64,000 bases of DNA from Paraspadella gotoi (lineage: Eukaryota; Animalia; Chaetognatha): assembly GCA_051294375.1 (NCBI GenBank), contig CM119268.1, forward strand, positions 554,415 through 618,414, written 5' to 3'. The notes under the pieces were generated by a model that worked only from the letters and a program-made list of their open reading frames with translations, did no database searches and was not told the DNA's origin. The position numbers were made by a program, and so were the translations under genes. Position 1 is the stretch's first letter; each line of letters starts with the position of its first letter. Positions 15,201-28,439 of this stretch are shown here, in pieces.

Positions 15201-17599
15201 NNNNNNNNNNNNNNNNNNNNNNNNNNNNNNNNNNNNNNNNNNNNNNNNNNNNNNNNNNNNNNNNNNNNNNNNNNNNNNNNNNNNNNNNNNNNNNNNNNNN
15301 NNNNNNNNNNNNNNNNNNNNNNNNNNNNNNNNNNNNNNNNNNNNNNNNNNNNNNNNNNNNNNNNNNNNNNNNNNNNNNNNNNNNNNNNNNNNNNNNNNNN
15401 NNNNNNNNNNNNNNNNNNNNNNNNNNNNNNNNNNNNNNNNNNNNNNNNNNNNNNNNNNNNNNNNNNNNNNNNNNNNNNNNNNNNNNNNNNNNNNNNNNNN
15501 NNNNNNNNNNNNNNNNNNNNNNNNNNNNNNNNNNNNNNNNNNNNNNNNNNCGTAAAGAGAGAAAGAGACAGAAAGAGAAAGAGAGAGAAAAAGAGAGAAA
15601 GACAGACAAAGCTGGACAGCTGCTTGAAGGCCGCTGTACAGTCNNNNNNNNNNNNNNNNNNNNNNNNNNNNNNNNNNNNNNNNNNNNNNNNNNNNNNNNA
15701 TAAAAGAAAGGCAAAAAATGTTACAATGGTTTACAATTAAAAATTTTTCCAATTTTGTCCAATCGCAGCTTGTAAAAGATTTTATTTTTATTTGTATTAA
15801 AATTAAGATATAGCTTCTCATTAAAAAGTTATTTTGAGTTCCCATTTTTATTATAGATTTAAAAAAAAATTTTGAATTTCATCTTCAATATTAAATACTG
15901 CAATATGTAAATTAGATTAAAGCATTTCTATATACTAATTTGGATATTATAATGAGTACTATAATCTCATTTGCAAATTGCAGTAAATCATAATGAAGTA
16001 GAAATTCAAACAAAAAAATTCAAACAACAAATGTAATAATAAAATATCACAGCTATTTCAAGATGAGAAGCCATATCTAAATTTTTAACTTACTATGATG
16101 GCAGTGGCAGGGCACACTTTTATAATNNNNNNNNNNTTTCCATTTGTTTTGTCTCTCTTTTTTTTACCGTTTGATGATTTTTCGAATCATTATATTCTCT
16201 CAATAAATACATCTAACTTGTCTCAATAATTCCAAATATTTTCGCCAAGTAAGTCTCTTCAATTGATCTTTTATCCTTAATCTTAATCTTAATCTTAATC
16301 ATTAACATTAATCTTTTATCCTTAATCTTTAATCTTTAATATTAATATTAATCTTTTATCCTTAATCTTTAATCTTAATATTAATCTTTTATCCTTAAGC
16401 TTTAATCTTTTATCCTTAATCTTTAATCTTATTATTTTATCTTTAATCTTTAATCTTAATCTTTTTTCCTTAATCTTTATCCATCACTTTGCACAAATTA
16501 GTCCAAGTGTCAAAATGACAGCCAAAGATCATCCTTGCTGCCAGAAGACAACATGTGGAATTCGAAAACATTCGCGGATTTTTGCAAAGGTTGGACGATT
16601 TTTATTAATATTTAAAAGTTTTGGATGGAGGATTTTACGATATATACATAAGTCCAAGTTATATAATATATATATTTTATGATTTATCTTTTGTAGTACA
16701 AACGAAAGATGTGGACGTGTTTGGCACCGTTACAGTTCCCAAAATGAGGGTAAACAAATTTTTGTTCCTTTATCCCGAAATTTATTTTTAACCTTCATAT
16801 TTAAACTGAACATGTTTTTTATCTTATCCAATATCTAATCCTGAACCATAACCTAATTCTGAACCCAAACATAATTCTAAACCCTAATCTAATCCTGAAC
16901 CATAACCTTTGTCACTAAACCTATTCTCTCACCTTAATCACTAATCTAATCCTTAACCTAAACCTAATAACATCAGTTTACGGATATGTATGCATCTTTC
17001 TCTTTCAGAGACAAATCGCTGGTGTCATGAGATCAGCTTCCAATGTCATGATTCATCGTCAAAATTCGTTTGAGATTTTTGGCGCAGATTTTATGGTGGA
17101 CACGAAGTTCAACCCGTGGCTTCTTGAGGTATTTATGAAGTACATTCAATTGTCAAGAAATAGATAAATTGATTATTCAATGGTTCCGAAGGCTATTTTT
17201 CCATACAAAAGGTGTGCCATGCAACAAGCCATCAATTAATCAATCAATGAACCGGCAAAAAAATTTGATGAAACAAGCACTAGTAATATCTAACCAATCA
17301 ATTCAGATCAATGCTTCCCCGGCGCTTGGTGCCTCGACCTCTATAACCAAGCAATTGTGTCGCTCCATGGTTGAAGATGCGTTGAAGGTGGCGCTGGATC
17401 GGAGGAAGGACCCGGATGTAGAGACGGGCGGGTTTGAGTTGGTGTCACTGGTGAGAGAGAGAGGAGAGAGAGAGAAGAAAGAGAGAGGAGAGAGAGAGAA
17501 GAGAAGAGAGAGAGAGATGAATTGAAGGTGGCGCTGGATCGGAGGAAGGACCCGGATGTAGAGACGGGAGGGTTTGAGTTGGTGTCACTGGTGAGAGAG

Positions 17600-17637
<38 letters not shown>

Positions 17638-17939
17638 TGAATTGAAGGTGGCGCTGGATCGGAGGAAGGACCTGGATGTAGAGACGGGCCGGGTTTGAGT
17701 TGTGCACTCTTTCTCTCTATCTCCCTATATCTCTCTTCCTCTCTCTCTCTCTCCCTTTCACCCTCTCCCTATCTCCCCCTATATCTCTCTCCCTCTTTCT
17801 TTCTCCCTCTCCTTTTCTCCCTCCATCTCTTTTCCTCTCTCTCCCTCTCCCTCTCTCTCCCTCTCTCTCTCAGGATCCTGTGAATCGCGATGTCCTGTCG
17901 TCATCTGGATCGAAATATCCACTCAACTCGAATTCTTAA
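6237..17939 (+). CDS. TTLL3/TTLL8-family tubulin glycylase (paralogue B), multi-exon; start not fixed, some exons fall in gaps
   Basis: Phase-consistent exons: ~7202-7281 (LQRLRRAK), 7691-7801 (AIRRRGWVEK), 8222-8474, 8948-9082 (NHF..GSFVTKEGL), 9210-9465 (PRTYRL), 10053-10224, 10449-10496, 10685-10861 (DGDKNIWILKPPNASRGRGI), ~16480-16589 (LPEDNMW), 16697-16749, 17009-17128 (SFEIFGADFMVD..FNPWLLE), 17307-17450 (INASPALG), 17874-17939 (stop). Confidence 0.9.
6338..7133. mobile_element. Non-autonomous Tc1/mariner-type TIR element (MITE), ~800 bp
   Basis: TIRs CAGGGTGTCCTAATGGTACTGTC (6338-6360) and GACAGTACCATTGGGACACACTA (7111-7133), 20/23 match; TA on both sides; AT-rich non-coding interior. 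Confidence 0.8.
10846..11025 (+). repeat. 20-bp tandem repeat (9 units) built from a TTLL exon end plus 5' splice site
   Basis: Units GATAGTTATCYYYCAG|GTGT; the first unit is the coding exon end (GIVISQ), the last is GATAGTTATCTCTCAG|GTGAAT. Confidence 0.9.
17382..17705 (+). repeat. Triplicated TTLL exon 3' half plus donor plus (GA)n
   Basis: TTGAAGGTGGCGCTGGATCGGAGGAAGGACCCGGATGTAGAGACGGG..GGTTTGAGTTG occurs at ~17382, 17523 and 17643. Confidence 0.9.
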
Positions 17940-19032
17940 TATCATTTATTTTTCATCGTTGTAATCAATTATTATCGTCAATGCTTTTTGCTTGTCGCAC
18001 ATTAAATGTATTATTGTATTCGAATAAAGTGGACAAAACGGGTTGAATTTTTACTCATACCGCAACAAATTTATTTTTTTTCCTCACTCGTAACCGAGTT
18101 CAGAAAGAGTTACTTCACTTACATTTTAAGATTGCTACATGAAGTTATCCTCAAATAATCTGATCAACTGTACTACAGTCTGTACTACAGTCTGTAGCAG
18201 TATATTTAGAAGAAAATTATTTCGAAAAAATCCAGCAGTTTTTTTTCCTATATTTTTACATCATTAGATGAGGAATGACGTCAATATTGTAATTCTCAAG
18301 TTTCATTTTAATCGGAACTCGTGTTGTCGAGATATGTTATTCTTAAGAAACCTATCAAAATTCCACCCTTTTTTTATTCTGATTTCCTATTACAAACTTA
18401 TAATTTTACTAATTAATTTATTTTCAAATTGAACACTTTTTATAACTTCTAGTTCTCTCAAAATAAATTTAAACTTTATATAGTAATAAAATAATCTTTA
18501 AAATTAAAAGCTTCCATGCGCTAATCGATAAGATAAATTTTAATAATTATTTTTATTTTTATATTCTCTAACAGTCACTTAACCATTATTTATTTGGGAG
18601 AACTTCTAGTTTTCAACCTGTTACATCATTCTCTTCACATTTTCAAGGATTTCAGAAAATATCAGTATAAATACTATTTTAATTAAAACTTATTTAAAAA
18701 ATTAAATGGTAAAGAAAAAAAACATAGTAAATTGAAGAAAAAATACTAATTTCAAGATTTACTTTCTTCACTAATTATCAAGGCATATCTACATCGATCC
18801 ATATAATATTTGCTTTAGATTTTTCTAGCTCTCATTATTAATGACATCTTTACAGGTTTACAAATGGCAGTATTTTTCTAGCGGAGGGTTTCAAATGGTC
18901 TTTATGTACTTATTTTTTTATTGTTATTTTTCAGTTTTTCTCTGTTTTAAAACTGCTTTAAAACTGCATGAAAATCAGATTTCAGTTTATCTTATCTGCA
19001 GCTTAACTCAAACGTAAGAAGGATCAGTGCTG

Positions 19033-19063
<31 letters not shown>

Positions 19064-19847
19064 ACTCTCCTCTCTCTTCTGAAGAACCTGTTTATCAAAC
19101 GAATAAAACAATGACAAAATTTTTACATCAAGAAGAATCATGATTCGAATAGTGGATAATGACAATTTTAAATAATTTTTAGTCGGGTCTGCTATCGCAG
19201 ATTCCGACTCTATAATTCACACTTTGTCGGTCCGTCGGTCCCACCAATCTTGTCGGTAAATCATTTTTATCATATCAGAACATCAAAGTATGATAAGTTA
19301 TGCAAAAAAATGATGTCCGTTTGTCTTTCAGTGTCTGTCTGTCTGTCCATCTGAGTGTCCGTCCCACCTTAGCAATAAACTTTAATTCCTCGTGATTGGA
19401 TGGATGGATTGATATAAAATTTTGTGTGTGGGTAGGAAAGTGAGTTATTGAGTTGCATATGAAGTCTCGATGGAATCGTGCAAATGAAAATGAGTTTAAA
19501 TGGGAAAACCAAAAGTAACATTTACTTGAAATTCTTTTACTTTTTAATAATTATAATAATTGTGAATTCGAATCTGCTTTCAAAGCTACGAAAAAAACTT
19601 TTTTAAATTTTTAAATTTTCTATTTTTAGTACTGAGTACTTTGTATAATTATGGGCTACAGCGAAAATTGAGAAATTAAAAATAATTTTGTTTTATACAT
19701 CAACGTTCATGATCAACTATTCGAATTTTCACTACGCCATAATATTGTATGACTGAGAAAAAAAAACTACTTGACCAAAATTATAATCTAACAAAGAAGG
19801 AAATTCAACAAACAAACAAAAAATCTTAAAAACAAGGAATCGTTACT

Positions 19848-22800
19848 ATGACGACCTCCAACAATAAATATCCACTATTCACTGTTCTCGTTGGAGACAT
19901 CGCGGCCAAAGACACAAAAACCTGTGATTGGCTGAGAAGAAACGGGTGTCGTTTATTCGACCAATCACAGGTTGAGAAAGAACCGGGGTAGGTATTTTAG
20001 GCTTTTTTTTCTAAAAGCGAATCATTTTTATCAATAAATTCTTGAGAGAAAAAATAAAGTTTATTTTTGTTTACAAACAACGAGTTTTATTTCTGAAACT
20101 TCTTTTTCAGCGCTGAAGAAGACTCGAAAAAGAGTAAAGAGTAGAGCAATAATACAGAAAAACTAAAAAATAATAATCAAATAAGGAGAGAGAGAGAGAG
20201 AGAGAGTGAAAGAGAAAGAGACAGACAATGGTCAATAAGGCGTAGTAAAATTTCCAAATTTAACTTTAATTAATATAAATTTCTTAAAAGTGGGGGCTCT
20301 ATGGAACGATAAGCAACATTATCTGTGGTATACTACATAGAACATTTATGCTATAATAAATTGTTTAATAAATTTTATAATTGTTGAAAACAATATTTTA
20401 TTTAAGTTAGGTCAAAAATTAAATAAAGCTATATTTTAAGCTGAAAATTAACTTTTCATATATTAAATATAGTTTTTTTAATTTTTAACCCACTTAATGA
20501 AAGGATTTTTTAAAAATTATTTATAATTTTGCTTCTATGAACTTTTGACGAAGAATTTAAATCTGCAATCAAAATTAAGAAAAGCTTATTTTGAAATTTT
20601 TCGATTTCTATTAAGGATAGTACTATATATTAAATATAGCCTACTGCGAAAATTAAAAACATAAAATTATTTTTTTATAAATTAATGTTCGCTAATAGTA
20701 TGTTATTCATAATTGACATTTATAATTTCACATATGTACTTTCACTACGCTCTAATGGTCAACTTAATGTCAATTAGAAATAAACCAGAAAGAGAAATTT
20801 GACTACTAAAATAAAAAAATATTGATGGCTTAAAAATACAGTCCTGTGCAAAAAAAGAGAACACTCTTTAAACTTAAAGTTTATTCGTTTATGCATATAT
20901 TATAAAAAATTATGAATGATTAATGTAGATTTTCAATGGGAAATCCATATTTTTAAGTTAAAAAAAATTCGGTTCAAGCATTCTTAACTTTTTAAAATTT
21001 TGATATGGCCTATTGGGATTACAATAAAAATTCTTTGACGGCGTTTTTTCCATATTTTGACACAGTTATCATCAAAATATTCAGAAAATAATTATACTTT
21101 TTACAAGCAATTTGAATCTGCTTTTAGAAATACAAAATTCCAAAAAAGATTTTTACATTTCCTATCTATAAATATCAAAAAATTAATTACTAGTGCTTCT
21201 AGCCATTTTAACAATTTTTGGTCCATTGAAAGTTCTTTGAAATGTATGAAGTTTCATTTGAGAAGTTTCCCAAATCAAACTTCTAACCCAACCCATTGAC
21301 ATAGATTGGCCATATTTTAGTTATAAATATTAATATTTCATCATAATTTTTATTGGAGAGGAGAGATAGAGAAAGAATATCACTTTGAAACAGAGTGAGT
21401 TATTACACATGTTGATTACATCATATAGATTTATTATGCTCTATTGAGATATCAATTGGAGACATTGCTCTTAGTATCTATAGTTTTAACAAGTTGTTAT
21501 CGCGTCTGGTATGCTTTGGAAATGTCGTCTGCCGCGTTGTAATTTAAACAGCGAGTCGCTATATACTCGACTATATATGTTATAGCTAAGATAGTATTAT
21601 AGCAGATAGTACGATATATATAGATGATTTTTTCTCGCACTCACCATCATATTACATCTTGTAGTATTACAGAGAGCATAGATTATAAGAATATAAGATA
21701 TTGTTTACGGTGTGTACCCGAATTGATCAGTTTATTTACTTTGAATTAATCACAATTTGTTGTAAAATACTAAGAGTGTCATAACACTCCTCTCTCGCTT
21801 TATTATGTTTTTAAAATCGTGTCTTCCTCCTACCTTTCTACTTGCTTCGTCTATTTGCTTAGAGTATGTATTATATATAATCGTTTTCTAAGTCGTAATA
21901 TGTACTATTTAGCTTGACGGTAGTAGGTCCATATTTATCGTGACGTATTGATGTAGATTATTAGCAGTTACATATACATACTCTCAACAGAGATTAATGA
22001 GATGTATGAGAGAAAGGAGAGCATAAACAATAAAAGAGAGGAAATTTATCACTTTCTTACATTCTTAAGATAACACTATTTTTCATATGCACACGTTGTG
22101 CTTCACGTATATCGCATAATAACCAATTAAATACAGAAGATGAGAGATCGAGTGATGTATATATCCCCTGTTACCCAAAATGAAGTATTGAATGACCGGA
22201 CCAGAAAAGAGGTTGCTCGTGTCCTCTAAAGTCCTATTATATATATATTATGATATTCGTATTGTTTTCATTTCATTACTGTATCTAAAAAGTATCAGTC
22301 TCTATTATACTAAACACTTTAAACTAAGGATCTCACACACCTCCCGCCAAAGAGCGCCTCTTGCGTTTTTATAACCACAGTCGTAACACGAATATTAATG
22401 TATGCAGGTCTATGCTTTTCATCTCAGAACCGAACAACTCAGATTTGTACTGAGTATTATCCTTTATTATAATTATCCGTCCGGGCCGCATCTCGTTTTT
22501 TCTTAGGCTTTCCTTCTCTCTATGTCTTTAAAGTAAACTCATTAGTCCAGTTGCGAGTATTCTTTATTTAGCCCATACGACGTTTGTTAGGAGGTACAAC
22601 TCAGTTTTTCGTATCGTTTTCTTCAGTCTAGCTTAGTCTAGTCTTGATTAGGAATACCAGTATATGTTCAATTTTTGAGGGTAATTCAGCTTTTATGCTA
22701 CGGGTAATGTTCTTTTATCGACCTCACAATTAAGCAGCATCCGCAAGTTAGAGGTGGCCGCATGGTGGGAGGCGGGCCTCGGGAACGACGACAGTTAGAG

Positions 22801-25800
22801 CTTAGAACTATCATTGCCACTCCCTTTTTTTTATTTCTTGACTCTGCCTATTACAACTATATTTTACTATTTAATTCTAATTCTTGGGAAAGAACACTTT
22901 TATACTTCTAGTTCTCTCAAAATAAATTTAAACTTTATATAGTAATAAAATAATCTTTAAAATTAAAAGCTTCCATGCGCTAATCGATAAGATAAATTTT
23001 ATAATTATTTTATTTTTATATTCTCTAACAGTCACTTAACCATTATTTATTTGGGAGAACTTCTAGTTTTCAACCTGTTACATCATTCTCTTCCACATTT
23101 TCAAGGATTTCAGAAAATATCAGTATAAATACTTATTATTAATTAAAACTTATTTAAAAAATTAAATGGTAAAGAAAAAAAACATAGTAAATTGAAGAAA
23201 AAATACTAATTTCAAGATTTACTTTCTTCTACTCAACTAATTATCAGGGCATATACTCTACGATCGATCCATATAATATTTGCTTTAGATTTTTCTAGCT
23301 CTCATTATTAATGACATCTTTACAGGTTTACAATATGGCAGTATTTTTCTAGCGGAGGGTTTCAAATGGTCTTTATGTACTTATTTTTTTATTGTTATTT
23401 TTCAGTTTTTTCTCCTGTTAAAAACTGCTTTAAAACTGCAGAAAATCAGATTTCAGTTTATCTTATCTGCAGCTTAATCTAAAACGTAAGAAGGATCAGT
23501 GCTGCTCTCCTCTCTCTCCTTTTCTCTCTCTCTCTCTTCACTTCTCTTCTCTCTTGTCATGAAGAAACTGTTTATCAACGATATAACAATGACAAATTTT
23601 AACATCAAGAAGAATCATGATTCGAATAGTGGATAACACAATTTTAAATAATTTGTTAGTCGGTCTGCCATCATCGCTAGATCCGACTCTATAATTCACT
23701 TTGTCGTTCCGTCGGTCCCACCCCAAATCTTGTCGGTAAAATTCATTTAATTCATATCAGAACATCAAGAGTATGAAAATAAGTTATGCAAAAAAATGTA
23801 TGCTCCTTTGTGTCTTTCAGTGTCTGTCTGTCTGTCCATCTAGAGCCCGTCCACTACTAGCAATAACTTTAATTCCTCGTCGATTGGATGGATGGATTGA
23901 TATAAAATTTGTGTGTGGGTAGAAAAGTGAGTTATTGAGTGCATATTGAAGCCTCGATGGAACGTGCAAATAAAAGAGTATTATTAAATGGGAAAACAAA
24001 AAAGTAACATTTATTGAAATAAAAACAAATAACTCAATACCAGAAAAGTTGTGAAAACTTAAAAGGGCGATTTTTCCCCGATTTTCACTTGAGTGGACAT
24101 ACTTATTTTGCTCTAACTTCTATACCAGGCGGTTGGATCTAGCGCAAAATGGAAGGAAGAACTAGAGAAAGGGAATGTAGTGTAGAATTCTGAAACTATC
24201 CTGATTTCTTTAAAAATCGAGCAGTTTTTCGAGTAGTTCCTATATTAAAAATATTTCTAACTTTTTTCCATAGATAGTACATTATTACGCTACCCAAAGA
24301 TTAAATTAATATTTTTATTTGCACNNNNNNNNNNNNNNNNNNNNNNNNNTTATAGAGTCGGAATCTGCGATAAGCAGAACCGACTAAAATTTATGTAAGT
24401 TTAAAAAATGATGAAAGTTTGAAAATTATTGAAGAAATAAAAAACATTATGTGAGTAAAAAAATAAAAATAAAATGATGCAAGTGAAAAAAATGACGCAA
24501 GTTAAAAAGATTATTTGTTTGTACTATAGTAACAGTTCAGTTTAATCCCTTGCAAGCGATTTGCATGTATTGGCGCAGCCAATAGTTAGGATCTGTTAGG
24601 ATCAGTTAGGATCACAAATTAAAAGAATTATTGTGATTTATCCTCTGATTAGCTGATTACCGCTTAATTATCGTTGGCAGATCCGTCATTGTTTTCTCAA
24701 ATTTGTTCAATATTAATAGATCAAAAAATATAGAATGCAGATGTTTTTAAAAAGTTGCAGGGTGATGATTATAATAAAATTTCAAGATTATATTATTTTA
24801 ATTATTATTGAAAGTTAAGGAACTGAAATTGGGCGCTTTTGAAAAAGAGCCAGAAATGGGGCGTTTTTGGAAAAGAAAGCCTGAAAGAGGGCGCTTTTGG
24901 AAAATAAAACCCAACTTAACCCCCTCATTTCACCTCACCCATCGCTCCTCCCCTTTCAACAAAAAAGTTCATTTCTAAAAGCGGCGCCGGTGTGGATGGA
25001 TTCGATGTCGCCGGATGGCGACGTCGCGGCGTCGTGACGCTCATTTCGCCCGACGCCGTCACGGATTCCACGGCAGAGTTCGCCGTGACTCTGTTGTTGG
25101 CTTCAGCGCGGAGACTTAAGGAACTGATGGCACATGATAGTTATGGGAGAAGGTAAGAGTGAAGCAATTGAAGCAAGTGGAGCAATTCCTGAACTCCTAT
25201 TTGGGGAGCAATTTCTGGAGTCATCCTTGGAACAATCTCTGAAGCAGTCTTTTTAATTGTCACTTGAGAAAACTCAGGAACAATATCTGAAGCTATATCC
25301 AGTACTATCTCTTGCGCTATTTCTGGAGCAGTCTGTAAGGCTACCATCCCCTCTTCCTCCTTTCAACGTCTCCACCTCCTCCCCTCATCGTCGCCTACTC
25401 AACCCCGAATGACGGACCGGGTCTTGGAGATCGGCATCATAACAATTCACGACTCTAGGTCTTGGGGTCTAGCTATCTATGCAGCAATCTCTTAATATCT
25501 CTGGAGCAATCTCTGAGCTATCTCTAGAAAAATTTTTGAACCTATCTCTGGAGCAATCTCTCTTAAGCTACTTTCTTTGAATCAATTGTTTTGTTATATC
25601 AAGGGGCTGTCTAAGAGCCATTTTCGAAGACATCTCTGGAGCCAACTTCTGAACAATACAATCTCTGAAGCAATCTCTTTGTTGTCTCTTGAGCTCTCTC
25701 CTGAGCCATCTTTGAAGACATCTCTGGAGCTACCTTTGGAAAAATACAATCTTCGGAGCAATCTTTTTGTTATCTCTTGGGCTCTCTCCTGAGCCATCTT

Positions 25801-28439
25801 TGAAGAAATCTCTGCAGCCACATTTGGAACAATACAATCTCTGAAGCAATAGTTTTGTTATCTCTTGGGCACTTTCCTGAGCCATCTTTGAAGACATGTC
25901 TGGAGCTGTAGGACATAAACTCTTGTTGTAGTTCGTCGTTCTTAACTTCCTTTTGTAAAAGTGTTTAAAAATATAAACAAATGTTTATAAACATTACTGT
26001 TTGTTATAATTTTATTGATATGTTTTAGTTATGTTTTCCTTTCATACAGATTGTTATAATATTAATTAGCCATCGTCGGGTTATTATTGGTTTAATATTG
26101 GTTTGGTGTTGGTTTCGTATGTGTATTACTCATATGTCATTCTATTCTATGTCATTATATATGCTATGTGAGTGGCTATTGAATAGGCAGAGCTTACCTG
26201 AGAGATCATTGCTATTCTGATTGTATACCGATGCTTGCTTTTGCTTACCTTCAGTTCTAGTTTACGTTTGTTCCTAAAGACTAGCGTTTCAACCAGCGTT
26301 ATTGATACTCTCAGAAGGGTGAGCAAGAGACGGAAAACCCCGCTCATCACTGGTGCATCGTCCAGTTCACTTTTTGTGTCAGAACCCGCGGGTATCCTCC
26401 TTGTCCACACTCTGTGCTGTGCTTTGTCACCCTTAAGTCTGTCAGGTGATTCTGAGCCACTTCATAAGTGGTACCCAATAAGTGGTACCCAATACCCAAT
26501 ATACCCAACATCAGCAGTCCTGTTCAATTTAATAGGCCCAATTTCTCTAGGGTTTTTAATAGGCTGTGAAGACAATGGTTATTTTCATCATTTTTCTTCT
26601 GCAGATGCTCTCGTGTCAATTTGGAGTGCTTTTAGCTGATTCTTTTAGTTGAGCGCTTTGGTCATCTGGCTCATGTTGATCCATTCACGAGCAGTCATTA
26701 CTCATGGTTGCTAATTTTGGCTGATACTTATGCCAGAGTAAACTGTGACGTTTGGTTTTTCTGTTCTCACTTGATCGTACCAACCGGAAGAGCTTGGGTT
26801 CTCTGCAGCAATCTTTTTGTTATCTTTTGAGCGCTTTCCTTCTCGCTGGCATCTTCGAGACGCATCTCTGGAGTCTTACAACTGCTTTTGGAACAATACA
26901 ATCTCTGAAGCAATCTTTAAAATTACCTCTAAAGTTATCTCTCGACCTGAGCTATCTTTGTAGCAATCTTTAAGCTGATAAAAATTGGGTTCTGTCTACA
27001 AATTTAAGAAGTAAGAAGGTAGAGTATGATTTTGATTCCAAATAAATTTTTTTATGAATAATTCACGATTCATTTTTCCCATCAGATTCGATTTATTGGG
27101 GAAACACTTGACCGGATCTACAGTCGGCGTAATTGGGATGGGCAGAATTGGAATGAAATTCGCTAAGAGGATGAAAGGGTTCAATGTTAAGGTAGGGAAA
27201 AATGGCCTCATTTTCCTGGAACATCCCATTTTGTCTTAAATTCAGAATTGAGTTAATTATTGCGTTCACTCAACTATAACTATGATACTTTTAGTCGTGA
27301 CCCGATGGCTCATTGAGTAATGCCATTTTCTCATGACCATCAGGTACGGGGATCAATCCCCAATAGTACCTACCCTGTGGGAAGCGTGAGGACGGCTGTA
27401 AACCGCCTAGAGGGCGCGGAAAACCCTAAAGCCTGGTCCCAAGCCGAGGACCTGTTGCATGGTTGCTACAAGGGGATTAAAGAAGTCAGCCTAGTTAGGT
27501 TAGGGATTAGTTAGAGGTATAAGGTTTACGTTTAGGATTTGGTTCGATATTAGGGTTAGGATTAGGTCAAGGTTAATTATAAATTACGGTTAAGAATTAT
27601 ATTCTGGTTTTGGTAATAGAATATGATTAAATATTGCGTTGAAAATTAAGTTCAGGAATAGATATAGGGCGTTTTTGAAAAAAATTAAGGGTCTGAGGCG
27701 ACTTACCATCGTCACAATTCTTCACTCTCTCTTCATATTTATTATTACATTCTTCGTCTTCTACAGGTCCTGGGTTAAAAAATGAAGATAGACCAAGGAA
27801 ATCTAAAATTGAAAATGGAATTAAATATATGAGGAGGCGAATATGTTAATAAATTTTATTTCAAATTCATATTTCCTGTTTTCAGATAATTTATCATCAA
27901 CGACACAGAAAATCAGAATTGGAAGAAACGGAATTCGGACTTGTCTTTTGTTCCACTTTGGAGGAACTTTGTAGTTCCTCGGATTTTATCGTCGTTTGCT
28001 GTCCTCTGACGGAAGAAACGCGAGGCTTGATAGACAAAAGACAATTGGACTTGATGAAATCAACTGCGGTTCTCATCAACGTGGCCAGAGGAGAGGTACG
28101 ATGGAAATATGGAGTTTTAATCTTTGTACATTGAAAAAAATGTTTATTTTAGCGATAAATTAATTAAATTCATAAAGGAAAAAATTATTCCCCAAGGTGA
28201 TCGACCAGCCCGCCCTGGAAGCGGCTCTCATTTCGGGGTCCATAGGTGGCGCCGCTCTAGACGTGACCACGCCAGAGCCACTCCCCGATGATCATCCGCT
28301 GCGACATTTGCCCAACTGCCTGATTACGCCTCACGCCGCCTGGGGGACGGAAGAGGCGTTAGCCGGGCTGTTGAGAGAAGCCGCAGAGAATTTAGTGGGA
28401 GCGCTGAAGGGAGAAAGATTCTCGACGGCGCTGGATTAA
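19848..28439 (+). CDS. D-isomer-specific 2-hydroxyacid dehydrogenase (glyoxylate/hydroxypyruvate reductase-like)
   Basis: Exons 24982-25152 (GAGVDGFDV..TAEFAVTLLLASARR), 27086-27191 (VGVIGMGRIG Rossmann motif), 27886-28095 (CPLTEETRGLI..LINVARG) and 28197-28439 (AALDVTTPEPLP..ITPHAA, stop) are in phase; candidate first exon 19848-19987 is less certain. Confidence 0.9.
20236..20755. mobile_element. MITE with TAAGGCGTAGT(A/G)AAA terminal inverted repeats
   Basis: Starts TAAGGCGTAGTAAAATTT, ends ACTTTCACTACGC; close relative at 53711-54317; fragments at ~19560-19740 and ~61590-61830. Confidence 0.65.
22845..24020 (+). repeat. Direct ~1.15-kb duplicate of 18375-19530 (noisy copy)
   Basis: Colinear near-identical sequence with many small indels, preceded by a random-looking segment at 21300-22840. 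Confidence 0.75.
25160..26970. repeat. Degenerate intronic minisatellite (TCTGGAGCAATCTCT-like) interrupted by unrelated noisy segments
   Basis: Recurrent TCTGGAGC/AATCTCT/GAACAATACAATCTCTGAAGCAAT motifs at 25160-25910 and 26790-26970. Confidence 0.6.
27296..27490 (+). mobile_element. tRNA-derived SINE-like element, family 2
   Basis: Head GTGACCCGATGGCTCATTGAGTAA...GGGATCAATCCC and body motif CCTGGTCCCAAGCC; inverted copies at 28850-29030 and 30770-30850. Confidence 0.55.

Noticed and set aside
15078-15845. ORFs spanning N runs
   Set aside because: Assembly-gap artefacts
20837-20870. TA-CAGTCCTGTGCAAAAAAAGAGAACAC, a Tc1-like TIR start
   Set aside because: No matching second end found; the sequence runs into a noisy segment
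21300-22840. Compositionally distinct segments as possible foreign inserts (also 11030-11567, 25911-26780, 61260-62990)
   Set aside because: No recognisable ORF or repeat structure, next to gaps or noisy duplicates; most consistent with low-quality long-read sequence, though this needs read-level confirmation
27490-27600. Telomere-like TTAGGG repeats (also 16830-16970, 29090-29185)
   Set aside because: Short, highly degenerate and intronic or intergenic; no true telomeric array
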